A DNA stretch of 53,542 nucleotides, taken from the IMG/VR virus record IMGVR_UViG_3300045988_047700, positions 1 through 53,542 of that record. One strand, 5' to 3'. Positions 17,945 to 26,341 of this stretch are shown here, piece by piece. Each line of letters starts with the position of its first letter. The stretch's first letter is position 1. The notes beneath the pieces were generated by a model. It was not told the origin of the DNA, made no database searches, and was given only the letters and a program-made list of their open reading frames with translations. A program made the position numbers and the translations under genes. The DNA comes from a virus.

Positions 17945-18679
17945 ATGTTAACGAAAAGAGAAATGTTGGATAACTTTGCACATAACATCGAAGAAGAGCG
18001 GAAAAGCCTTGATTTTACGCAAGTTCTCTTCTCCAAGATGCTGGGTGTTTCTGTGTCCACATACAAAAATATCGTTTCACGGAAGACTAATAATCTTGAC
18101 GTTTTCTTAGCACTAAGGTTGTCGGAACTAACTCATAAATCTATCCCTGATCTCTTAGGGCATTCTTCTAAGGAATACGAGGTATTGGGAAAGTACAGGC
18201 AATTGACCGACAGACAACGTGCGTATATTCTTGGCAAGATGGATTATGAAATCTCTATGAAAGTGTTGGAAACGGATCCTGAAAACATGTTGGATGTTCT
18301 ATGTCTCACTGGTGAGATGGCTGACGGTATGATATTGGATTCCTCACACGAAGAACGGATATACTGCCCGGAATACATAAAAAAGTACGGCGAGACATTA
18401 CATTGTGGCATAAAGATAACGAGCAACCACTTGCTCCCTGTATATGTAAAGGGTGATATCATCTGCATATCCAAAAGAGTGCCAAGAAACGGTGATACCG
18501 TGATTATTATACATAAAGAAACAGGACGTGCGTATATAAGGCGGTATGTGCAGAGAGGTAAGATAAAGTTAGTCCCGATCAACGGCTTCGGTGATGTCAT
18601 AGAAGTTGATCCAAATAGTTTTGAAGACATGGAACAATGGGTAAGGTTTGGAGTTGTGATTGCGGTATTAAGAAGATAG
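17945..18679 (+). CDS. CI/LexA-like repressor (HTH plus S24-like domain)
   Basis: N-terminal HTH (FTQVLFSKMLGVSVSTYKNIVS). The C-terminal GIKITSNHLLPVYVKGDII...NGDTVIII...AYIRRY...KLVPIN aligns by eye to the LexA S24 domain. Confidence 0.7.
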   Translation: MLTKREMLDNFAHNIEEERKSLDFTQVLFSKMLGVSVSTYKNIVSRKTNNLDVFLALRLSELTHKSIPDLLGHSSKEYEVLGKYRQLTDRQRAYILGKMDYEISMKVLETDPENMLDVLCLTGEMADGMILDSSHEERIYCPEYIKKYGETLHCGIKITSNHLLPVYVKGDIICISKRVPRNGDTVIIIHKETGRAYIRRYVQRGKIKLVPINGFGDVIEVDPNSFEDMEQWVRFGVVIAVLRR

Positions 18680-18705
18680 CATACTATGTATGCGGAGGTA
18701 CTTAT

Positions 18706-19191
18706 ATGCAGAATAAAAAGGTCTTGGAATTAGATAGCTTTTTCGGGAAACTTGTTGCTTGTGATGAATATGTAGAAATTATTCCTATGTATGTAACAGA
18801 TTCTCGAAAACAAGGGAGAAAATTCTATTATCAAAACATTAGCGGTATAACATGCAAGGAACCAAGTGTTTGGTGGGGACCTGGATATATACAATTTATA
18901 ATTCCGGGAGAACAGGCCAAGCAAATAAAATGGATGGACAAAGGATGGAAGAAGGCGGTTAAAAATGATCCAAATTCTTTACTTCTTTCGGTTATAGGAA
19001 AAGATTACAAAAAAAGATATAAAGAATTTATGGATTTTCTAAACAAAAAGATAAGTGAAAAACCAGAATCTACCGCAGAAATCGTAAATGATCTAAATCA
19101 GTTAAAAACATTGAAAGAACTTCTTGACTGTGGAGCAATCAATAAGCAAGAATTCGAAGAAAAGAAAAGAAAAATACTTAATAGAATATAA
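18706..19191 (+). CDS. SHOCT-domain protein
   Basis: ATG 18706 after GGAGG. The C-terminal LKELLDCGAINKQEFEEKKRKIL is the SHOCT motif. Confidence 0.65.
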   Translation: MQNKKVLELDSFFGKLVACDEYVEIIPMYVTDSRKQGRKFYYQNISGITCKEPSVWWGPGYIQFIIPGEQAKQIKWMDKGWKKAVKNDPNSLLLSVIGKDYKKRYKEFMDFLNKKISEKPESTAEIVNDLNQLKTLKELLDCGAINKQEFEEKKRKILNRI

Positions 19192-19225
19192 TCATAGCAT
19201 ACTATATAATGAGGGAGGAATTAAA

Positions 19226-19801
19226 GTGAAAAAGAAAAAAGGTGGATGTCTTAAAACTATACTTATAGTGTTCGGAGTATTCGTAGTAATTGGAGCTATA
19301 GGATCGTTGACAGGAGGAGACAAAAGTGAACCTAAAAAAGTAAGCACTTCTTCTGGTAAAAACGATGAAAGTTCTAAATCTGGAACAGTGGATGAGAAAA
19401 AAGAATTTCAGGTCGGTGAAACAGTATCTCTTAAAGACGTTAATGTAACATTGGTAAGTTCCACAGAATCAGCCGGAAGTGAATATGTGAAACCGGATGA
19501 TGGAAAAGAGTTTTTGATACTTGAATTTAACATCGAGAACAATTCTTCAAAAGATATCAATATTAGTTCTGTAGCGAACTTTGAAGCTTATTGCGATGAT
19601 TTTTCGTTGAATCAAGACATTCTCGGACAGCAAGCACCAGAAGCAGAGGGAAAGACGCAATTAGACGGATCAGTTGCTTCTGGAAAGAAGATGAACGGAA
19701 TCATTGTATATCAAGTACCTACAGGCTATAAGAACTTCGAAATTAATGTTGCACCTGATTTCTGGTCAACGAAAGATATAAAGTATGTAATTAATAAATA
19801 A
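19226..19801 (+). CDS. DUF4352-like membrane-anchored protein
   Basis: GTG 19226 after GAGGGAGG. TM anchor (LKTILIVFGVFVVIGAIGSL) followed by a beta-rich domain (GKEFLILEFNIENNS). Confidence 0.6.
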   Translation: MKKKKGGCLKTILIVFGVFVVIGAIGSLTGGDKSEPKKVSTSSGKNDESSKSGTVDEKKEFQVGETVSLKDVNVTLVSSTESAGSEYVKPDDGKEFLILEFNIENNSSKDINISSVANFEAYCDDFSLNQDILGQQAPEAEGKTQLDGSVASGKKMNGIIVYQVPTGYKNFEINVAPDFWSTKDIKYVINK

Positions 19802-19806
19802 TTCAA

Positions 19807-19845
19807 GATCCCACTACTGGCGAGAAAACAGTAGTGGGATCTTTT
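19807..19845. terminator. Bidirectional rho-independent terminator
   Basis: GATCCCACTACTG / CAGTAGTGGGATC 13-bp stem plus TTTT. It lies between convergent genes. Confidence 0.8.
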
Positions 19846-19876
19846 GGTATTGTATGTAAAGTGTAATGCTCTTATC

Positions 19877-20866
19877 TTATTTCACAACGCCGGATAAGAG
19901 CCAGTAGGTTGTTATAAGTCCTACTTTTCCGTCCGGTGTGAGATCCCTGTTGTTCTGGAACTTCTTCACACATGTGGTCAGATAGTCTGTCCACCCCTCA
20001 TTATAAGACAGCTTTGTAAAGCCATATACGTCTCTGAGTGTGCGTCTAAGCCATCTGATAGCCGTGATACAGTTGTGTGTCTGCCCTGCCCATAAGATAT
20101 GCGTTTTAGCAAAATTCTGTGAGCCGACACCGAATTTGTCATCAACAGACAGTGCGTTGGTATCAAACCCTTTGTTCATGGCTTTCTGCCATGCCCCTAC
20201 ACGGGTGTTTTCCAGGTAATATCTCTTGTCACCTTTCCAAGATTCATCTACCGGTTTAGGTGCCGGTGCTACAGTCGGTTTCTGTACTGGAGTTACCGTA
20301 CAGCCCAAATCCTTATAGAGATAGTTTACATCTACATTTCCAGGAATTCCAGGAATAGAGCCTTTCGATGTGTACTGCCACATATCAATTCCGTCTACTC
20401 CGGCAGATTTAGAGCCGTAAGATGCAATCCACAGAGAATATCCCCATGTCTGACCGATATAGTTCTTATACCAAGATGTAGATGCATAAATTCCGGCTTT
20501 ATAGCCATGTGCCACCATTGCGTCACAAAATGCTTTTGCATTGGCTTTTGCAACGCCCTGTGTTCCCGGCTGTTCGCTGTCAAAATATACAGGCCATGCC
20601 GGAGAATGTCCCTTTAGAAGTCTTAATGCATGGTTGATTTCTCCCTGTACTGCACCTGTAGTCTTTGCGTAAGAATACAGATATACACCGTAAGGAATAC
20701 CAAGACGCTCACATTCAGATACATTTCTCAGCCATTTTTTATCATCCTGTCCGGTCTGATCTTGTCCATATCCGCATCTAAGGATAGCACCTACAATGCC
20801 AGATGCTTTTACTTTAGTCCAGTCGATGTTCCCGTTATGTTCAGAAACATCGACTACCCTATTCAA
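19877..20866 (-). CDS. Endolysin: GH25 muramidase plus PG-binding domain
   Basis: VVDVSEHNGNIDWTKVK is a GH25 N-terminus. The C-terminal KKFQNNRDLTPDGKVGLITTYWLL is a PG_binding_1-like repeat. Confidence 0.9.
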   Translation of the reverse strand: MNRVVDVSEHNGNIDWTKVKASGIVGAILRCGYGQDQTGQDDKKWLRNVSECERLGIPYGVYLYSYAKTTGAVQGEINHALRLLKGHSPAWPVYFDSEQPGTQGVAKANAKAFCDAMVAHGYKAGIYASTSWYKNYIGQTWGYSLWIASYGSKSAGVDGIDMWQYTSKGSIPGIPGNVDVNYLYKDLGCTVTPVQKPTVAPAPKPVDESWKGDKRYYLENTRVGAWQKAMNKGFDTNALSVDDKFGVGSQNFAKTHILWAGQTHNCITAIRWLRRTLRDVYGFTKLSYNEGWTDYLTTCVKKFQNNRDLTPDGKVGLITTYWLLSGVVK

Positions 20867-21035
20867 TATATCCCTCCTGTTTTAAATGTTCTTTCGTTTC
20901 CGCAATCTCAGTTGCATGCTCTTTCACAAACTTTTCTGCATCTGCTTTTTCCATGCCGTAGTGTTCTGCCAATTCGTCTACAGTATAACCGTAGGCACAG
21001 CTTTTGATTACTTCACAAGTGGTCTCTTCATTCAT
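20859..21035 (-). CDS. Small soluble protein upstream of the endolysin (not a holin)
   Basis: 58 aa (MNEETTCEVIKSCAYGYTVDELAEHYGMEKADAEKF...). No TM segment. Overlaps the endolysin start by 8 nt. Confidence 0.4.
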   Translation of the reverse strand: MNEETTCEVIKSCAYGYTVDELAEHYGMEKADAEKFVKEHATEIAETKEHLKQEGYIE

Positions 21036-21080
21036 TTTTTTTCATTTCCTTTCTATAAGATACTATAATTATGGCAAAAG

Positions 21081-21173
21081 TTCAGAAAAATATCGTTCCC
21101 GTATTTTTCTGAATTAAATAAAGATATAAGAGTTTCTCACCCTCTGTTAAAAGGCGAGAAACTCTTATATCTT
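21081..21173. terminator. Two large perfect hairpins (12-bp and 18-bp stems)
   Basis: TTCAGAAAAATA / TATTTTTCTGAA (21081..21113) and AAGATATAAGAGTTTCTC / GAGAAACTCTTATATCTT (21121..21173), between the fibre genes and the lysis genes. Confidence 0.6.
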
Positions 21174-21419
21174 TTCAGAGAAATGCAAAGTATAAGATAG
21201 AGCATACTGGAAAAATCCAGTTTGCAGCTGCTTTTTCGTCAACAGCCGGATATTGCAGAATTTATGTATATAATAGTTCCAGCGAAATCGTGTACAGAGA
21301 ACAACTTAATCCAGAACCTATCCCGGCTAACGAGGTAACTACTGGTCAGTTCCAAGTTTACGATGATTGGGAATTTTCGGCCGAATCCTATAATGCACGC
21401 CGAAGTATGCGCTTACTTA

Positions 21420-21989
21420 TTAAGCGGATGGATACACATATTCCAACCTATAATTAACTCGCATTGGCCCCTCTCGATTTGCAGGATAGAAATACTGGAA
21501 TATTTCACCCTTCCAGATTTCTGGGGCATAAAAATGCACTTCTTGTGCCTCATCGTCTCCATTGTACGTTTTTACGATAAGCCGTGGTGTAACATAATCG
21601 TCTCCGAACAAGCTTTTTAACTGTTCGGTAGAAAATATTTTTGCGTAACCAATGTTCATGGCTATATCGACGATCTTACTGCCAGATACCACCTTTACCA
21701 GACCGCCATATAGAGTGTATATTTGCTGTTCATCTGTATTTTTAATTATATTTTTATTTAACTCACTAGCATATTCAACGATAGTTTGGTTGTTTAGTTC
21801 TGTAAATCTCCAAGTAGATGCAATTCTTTTTTTAATGGAATCAAACAGAACTCCTAATTTCGTCCTGCTTGTTATTGGAGTAGAATCCTCTATGATAATA
21901 TCATCTGTATCGTTCACTTCTGTGACTTGTGGAAGATCTTTTATGTATTTTCCGTATATTTTCTGCACTTTTAAATTTTCATTAGCCAT
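21420..21989 (-). CDS. Tail-fibre-associated hypothetical protein
   Basis: ATG 21989 (MANENLKV...), 9 nt after AAGGAGG. Last gene of the tail module. Confidence 0.5.
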   Translation of the reverse strand: MANENLKVQKIYGKYIKDLPQVTEVNDTDDIIIEDSTPITSRTKLGVLFDSIKKRIASTWRFTELNNQTIVEYASELNKNIIKNTDEQQIYTLYGGLVKVVSGSKIVDIAMNIGYAKIFSTEQLKSLFGDDYVTPRLIVKTYNGDDEAQEVHFYAPEIWKGEIFQYFYPANREGPMRVNYRLEYVYPSA

Positions 21990-22716
21990 TTGCATCATCC
22001 TCCTTTGCTACTGCTAATGTTTGCGTGGCCATGCTTTCAAGTTCTGAAATTCTTCGTTCAAGTTCATAGATATCGTCTTCTGTAAGTATTTTTTTTAAAT
22101 TTACTCCATTATGCCAATAAGGTTGTGAACGACTTTGAATAACAATATTTGCATTAATATCACCAAATTTTAATTTTACTGAAACGCCAGATTCTTCGCT
22201 TTCTGTAGTTGCTTCAAACAAATTATAACTTGATTCATTTATTTCCCTTTTTAGGTTTCCCGTCATACTCCCTCCGGCTGTCGGGACATAAGGTTGTCCG
22301 GATCCGGAGAAAACTTCATTTGCCGGAAAGTTAACATCTGTTTCTCCGTTTACTTTTCTTTCACATCCACCGATCGTTACAGTTCTTTCTGCTCCCCATC
22401 GTTCTGTAGTAATTCCCTCTGTTCCGTCAAAATTTGTGCCATTAATTTTAATACTATTCTTCAAACTCGAAGCTTTTATGTTCGATAATTTGATTGTAAG
22501 CGTCTCTCTACCATCTGTATTTCCACTCCCACTTGCATCTCCTGTTATAGATACCAAAAACGGAGCAGCAAGCTTTATGGCTTTTTCTACTGTCATTAAA
22601 GTTTTCAGCATTCCGATAGTTAGTTGTAAATCTTCGGTTTTGGTGTGGAGTAAGACAACATCATCATCCGAAAGACTATCTGCTTTATTTAATTCTTCTA
22701 TATATACATCTGCCAT
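21982..22716 (-). CDS. Tail fibre protein
   Basis: 244 aa, positioned after an Mtd/Hyl-type N-domain protein. C-terminal coiled coil. Confidence 0.5.
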   Translation of the reverse strand: MADVYIEELNKADSLSDDDVVLLHTKTEDLQLTIGMLKTLMTVEKAIKLAAPFLVSITGDASGSGNTDGRETLTIKLSNIKASSLKNSIKINGTNFDGTEGITTERWGAERTVTIGGCERKVNGETDVNFPANEVFSGSGQPYVPTAGGSMTGNLKREINESSYNLFEATTESEESGVSVKLKFGDINANIVIQSRSQPYWHNGVNLKKILTEDDIYELERRISELESMATQTLAVAKEDDANG

Positions 22717-22720
22717 TTTA

Positions 22721-23140
22721 TCACCTACTTACTATTGCGTCAGACAAATCGTCTACCAGCGTCTCTACTTTTTTCACAAGATTATCATAATCTGTTTTCT
22801 TTACATATATTTCATCACTTTTATGCGAAGAATATACAGTCGACGTACTGGTCCGTGTGTCATCGATACCGACTTTCCCGGCCACAATTTGATTAGCTTT
22901 ATCTATAGCATCTTGTGCCTTTTTCGATGCATTATTCGCATCTTTTATGGCTTGCTGTATGCTTTTTAAATCAGCTTCAAAATCTTGTTTTGTAGCCAGT
23001 TCTTTTATTGTCCCTGCAGAAAAGCATATAAAAACTTTTTGATCTTCTACAGCTTCGTCTATAGTAACTGCAAATTCTCCGGGAAGCATCTTGTTTGCAT
23101 CAAAATCTTTTAATTGTCCCCTACGCATTTGAATTGCCAT
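22721..23140 (-). CDS. Fibre protein with a hyaluronidase/Mtd-type N-terminal domain
   Basis: ATG 23140 after GAAAGGAG. The MAIQMRRGQLKDFDANKMLPGEFAVTID motif. Confidence 0.6.
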   Translation of the reverse strand: MAIQMRRGQLKDFDANKMLPGEFAVTIDEAVEDQKVFICFSAGTIKELATKQDFEADLKSIQQAIKDANNASKKAQDAIDKANQIVAGKVGIDDTRTSTSTVYSSHKSDEIYVKKTDYDNLVKKVETLVDDLSDAIVSR

Positions 23141-23154
23141 ATATATTCTCCTTT

Positions 23155-23679
23155 CTATCCAGGAATCCACTGTACAAGCGAAACTCCGGGTGGCGGTTGT
23201 ATTGGTCCCTGTCCTCCGCCATTGCCAGAATCTCCCCCGGCAGTATATCGTAGTACATAATTCCATCCTTTTGAGTAATTGTAATACCTGCAAACCCATA
23301 TCTCTGTGCCCGTTTGATCTCCTGGTTCTGGATGCCCTCTACTGGATGAAGCTTGTACCATCTGTCCTCCACCGATATACATAGCTGTATGATACTTTAC
23401 GTTCAAAAGGACATCCCCTCGTTGCATACCGGCACCTGTTGAACGATTAACGCTTGATGTAACATCGGAAAAGCCACATGCCCGAAAAACGTTATACATA
23501 TTCCCGGTATATGTGGCACCGTTTGATTTTACCGGAACTCCAGCCTGTTGCCATGCCGATATCAAAAGAGAGGAGCAATCATAATCTGGATTTCCCCACC
23601 GATTAGCTTGGCTGTAGCCATGCCGGTTGTCGTTGGCTATTCCGATAGCCCATTGAACCGCACTTTCTGTTTTTGTCAT
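23155..23679 (-). CDS. NlpC/P60 (C40) cell-wall peptidase, tail-associated
   Basis: GNPDYDCSSLL catalytic-Cys context with a downstream YHTAMYIG His. Gly/Pro-rich tail. Confidence 0.75.
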   Translation of the reverse strand: MTKTESAVQWAIGIANDNRHGYSQANRWGNPDYDCSSLLISAWQQAGVPVKSNGATYTGNMYNVFRACGFSDVTSSVNRSTGAGMQRGDVLLNVKYHTAMYIGGGQMVQASSSRGHPEPGDQTGTEIWVCRYYNYSKGWNYVLRYTAGGDSGNGGGQGPIQPPPGVSLVQWIPG

Positions 23680-23691
23680 ATACTATTCTCC

Positions 23692-25965
23692 TTAAAATAC
23701 CGTACCGCTTGCTGTTCTTCCAGCGACCAATTTCCCATTTTTGTAATCTAAGTAACTTCCGTCCGAGAATACTGCACGTCCAGTTTTTGTTTGTCTTCCT
23801 CCAGTTATAAGCTTGTCTGTATTAATGCTAATTGAATTGCCCCATATCTCGGTAGTTCCATTATTTTTAAGGATTACAGAAGAATGTCCACTACCACCAT
23901 ATGCATATATACTCAGTCCTTCTGAACCATCGCCTGTAGATTTTACATATTCTACTATTCCGACCAGTGTACCTTTGCCACCATATATTTCAACATGTCC
24001 ATTATTTATCCTAATGGCATATTTGTCGCTCGGATCATTTGAGTAATATCCGTTTACCCCTAATGTTCCGACAACTTTTCCGCTCGCATTTTCGATAGCG
24101 CAATGACCGTTTGTGTTGTTGTAACCACCAAGTGTCAGAGTTCCAGAATGGATCCAGTCACAGTTAATACCTACAGCGGAAAGTACATTAACTACTGCAT
24201 TTCCATTAGAATCCAAACCGGCGTTCCATGTCTTACCACCATCTGTAGACACCGCAAATGCATCACCAACCATTTTCCAGATAATGTTCGAATCTTCCAA
24301 CCGTTCTTTGTTGTGGAGATAAAATATAACTGATTTATCTTCTTTGATTTCTTCGGTCTTAAAAAATCCCATCCCCTGTGTCATTAAGGCTGTAAGGGAC
24401 TGAACGGCTTCATCATATTTACTAATCTTTTTTTCGGTAATTTTCGAAGATTTTTGAATAGCTTTGGTTTCTGCGCTTACATATTTACTACTGTTTCTCA
24501 CAGAATTTTCAGCCGAGCATTTAAGTTGAGTAAATCCAAGGAAGTTAAATGTAATGTCTGTAAGAATCGTCCTGTTCGTCTTTCCGGCACGATCAATCAC
24601 ATAGGCAAGATCCATAAACTCTGCCAAAGGATAAGATAAATGTTCACCAGAAAAATTCATAAATGTTAATCCTACAAGCTTTGCCCCCACTGTATTTACA
24701 AGAAGATTTTTATCTTCAATAAGCGAATTTTCTATTGACAAAATGTACCCATCAGTGCCGTAAGTATATGTGTTTTCATTATCCGTTGTTTGCACGCCTG
24801 TAATCTTTATATTTTCAACTCCGGTTGTTAATCCGATCTTCCACTGTGTTAAAAAGTGGAAATTATCAGCCAACTCAAATGTTCCATCATCGGCATTGTT
24901 TCCGCTTGTGTAGTAAGTAGTGGCATCGGAAAGAATATATCCACTTGTCTCTTCCGCATCTACCAAATGAACACCTAATGTACGTCCGTCTCTGAGCCGG
25001 AATCCATCATGTTGCTTTGATATTAAGTGATAAGGATTTCTCTGTTTGCGTTCTACCGAACGATACATAATCCCGCAAGAATCATCCGTTAACAGCTCTA
25101 ATCCATCGTCAAAATAGCCACCGTCCATGTTGGAACCGCTTGCGTACAACTCTTTGTTCCAGTCAAGATCATCGTAAAAAAATTCATTAATATCATCACC
25201 AAAACTTCCACCGTCCATATTTGAATATGTCACATACTTTTCAGTAATGATGTCTGTCTCAAATTGACCGCCGTCATAGTTTTGTCTTGGATCATCAAAC
25301 CACCCACCGTCAAGATCAGTCATTCCATCAAAAAGTGTCATGTCGTAATCTGTAATCTGCAAATGGTTGTCTGCATTCATCCATGCATTTCCACCAGCGA
25401 TCATGGATATTAATCCAACAACCTGTCTGTGAGTGGTGTTTGTCGGTGCTCCTTTTACGGTTATATCTTCTCCGTTAAAATGTACTGTGTCTAACTGTAC
25501 TCCGCACGTTCTGCAAGAATCTATCAATATTTCAGACAGTTTGAGGGGATATTTTAAATGCGTTGTATAATCACGATCAAGCTTATATGCATCATCGTAA
25601 GCAGAAAAGCTTACTGTATCTCCATAGCTTTCTGGATCAATAACGGTATATGTACCGCTTTTTATAGTCAGATCACCTATATCCGTGCTAATTGACTTAT
25701 ACAATGTTATCTTTGCACCGAGAAAGCTATGGACTCTATATCTGTCATCTGCGTTGTACAGTTTTACTGTAATTTTTCTGGACACAACATTACCGAGTGG
25801 CAAGCTTTGTGTACCAGCTCCATCAACAATGTTATTTCCGGATATTAGAAATTCAGATTTCCCGAGATTTAACACTGTGCCATCCAAGAAAGTAACCCTT
25901 GCAGATGGATGCCAGTCACTACGTCCGTATATAGCTTTCTTATATGCATTGCTAATGTGTATCAT
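23692..25965 (-). CDS. Tail tip / tail-associated (Tal-like) protein
   Basis: 757 aa, second ORF after the tape measure gene. Confidence 0.6.
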   Translation of the reverse strand: MIHISNAYKKAIYGRSDWHPSARVTFLDGTVLNLGKSEFLISGNNIVDGAGTQSLPLGNVVSRKITVKLYNADDRYRVHSFLGAKITLYKSISTDIGDLTIKSGTYTVIDPESYGDTVSFSAYDDAYKLDRDYTTHLKYPLKLSEILIDSCRTCGVQLDTVHFNGEDITVKGAPTNTTHRQVVGLISMIAGGNAWMNADNHLQITDYDMTLFDGMTDLDGGWFDDPRQNYDGGQFETDIITEKYVTYSNMDGGSFGDDINEFFYDDLDWNKELYASGSNMDGGYFDDGLELLTDDSCGIMYRSVERKQRNPYHLISKQHDGFRLRDGRTLGVHLVDAEETSGYILSDATTYYTSGNNADDGTFELADNFHFLTQWKIGLTTGVENIKITGVQTTDNENTYTYGTDGYILSIENSLIEDKNLLVNTVGAKLVGLTFMNFSGEHLSYPLAEFMDLAYVIDRAGKTNRTILTDITFNFLGFTQLKCSAENSVRNSSKYVSAETKAIQKSSKITEKKISKYDEAVQSLTALMTQGMGFFKTEEIKEDKSVIFYLHNKERLEDSNIIWKMVGDAFAVSTDGGKTWNAGLDSNGNAVVNVLSAVGINCDWIHSGTLTLGGYNNTNGHCAIENASGKVVGTLGVNGYYSNDPSDKYAIRINNGHVEIYGGKGTLVGIVEYVKSTGDGSEGLSIYAYGGSGHSSVILKNNGTTEIWGNSISINTDKLITGGRQTKTGRAVFSDGSYLDYKNGKLVAGRTASGTVF

Positions 25966-26336
25966 AGTGGATTCACCCCGATTATGTTAAAACTAAGGGA
26001 TTTGTACTTTTCTTCTCCCTCTTTTAATGTCCCGATATCTACACTTCCTTGTGTGACGTAAAACGGTGCTTCTCTCCATCTTCCGTAATACACGGAAAAA
26101 TAATATAGTTGCACCTGCCTTTGATTTACAATCATCTGTAAAAGGCTTGCCATTTCCGATATGCTTATGTCGCTTCCCTCATAAGCGTAAGATTCTACCG
26201 TGAACATCGGTTCATTGCACATAACGCCACTCATTAATCGCTCTGTTCCCTCTGTAGAGGTAGTGGCAAAGCTGAATTTGAATGTGTCTGGCTGATGAAT
26301 AGTCCGACCATTAATCTTAATCACTTGCTGTGCCAT
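25962..26336 (-). CDS. Putative distal tail protein (short)
   Basis: 124 aa, immediately downstream of the tape measure gene. Confidence 0.4.
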   Translation of the reverse strand: MAQQVIKINGRTIHQPDTFKFSFATTSTEGTERLMSGVMCNEPMFTVESYAYEGSDISISEMASLLQMIVNQRQVQLYYFSVYYGRWREAPFYVTQGSVDIGTLKEGEEKYKSLSFNIIGVNPL

Positions 26337-26341
26337 TTTAC

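Noticed and set aside
22721-23140. A diversity-generating retroelement, suggested by the Mtd-type N-terminal fibre domain.
   Set aside because: There is no reverse transcriptase gene and no template/variable repeat pair anywhere in the window.
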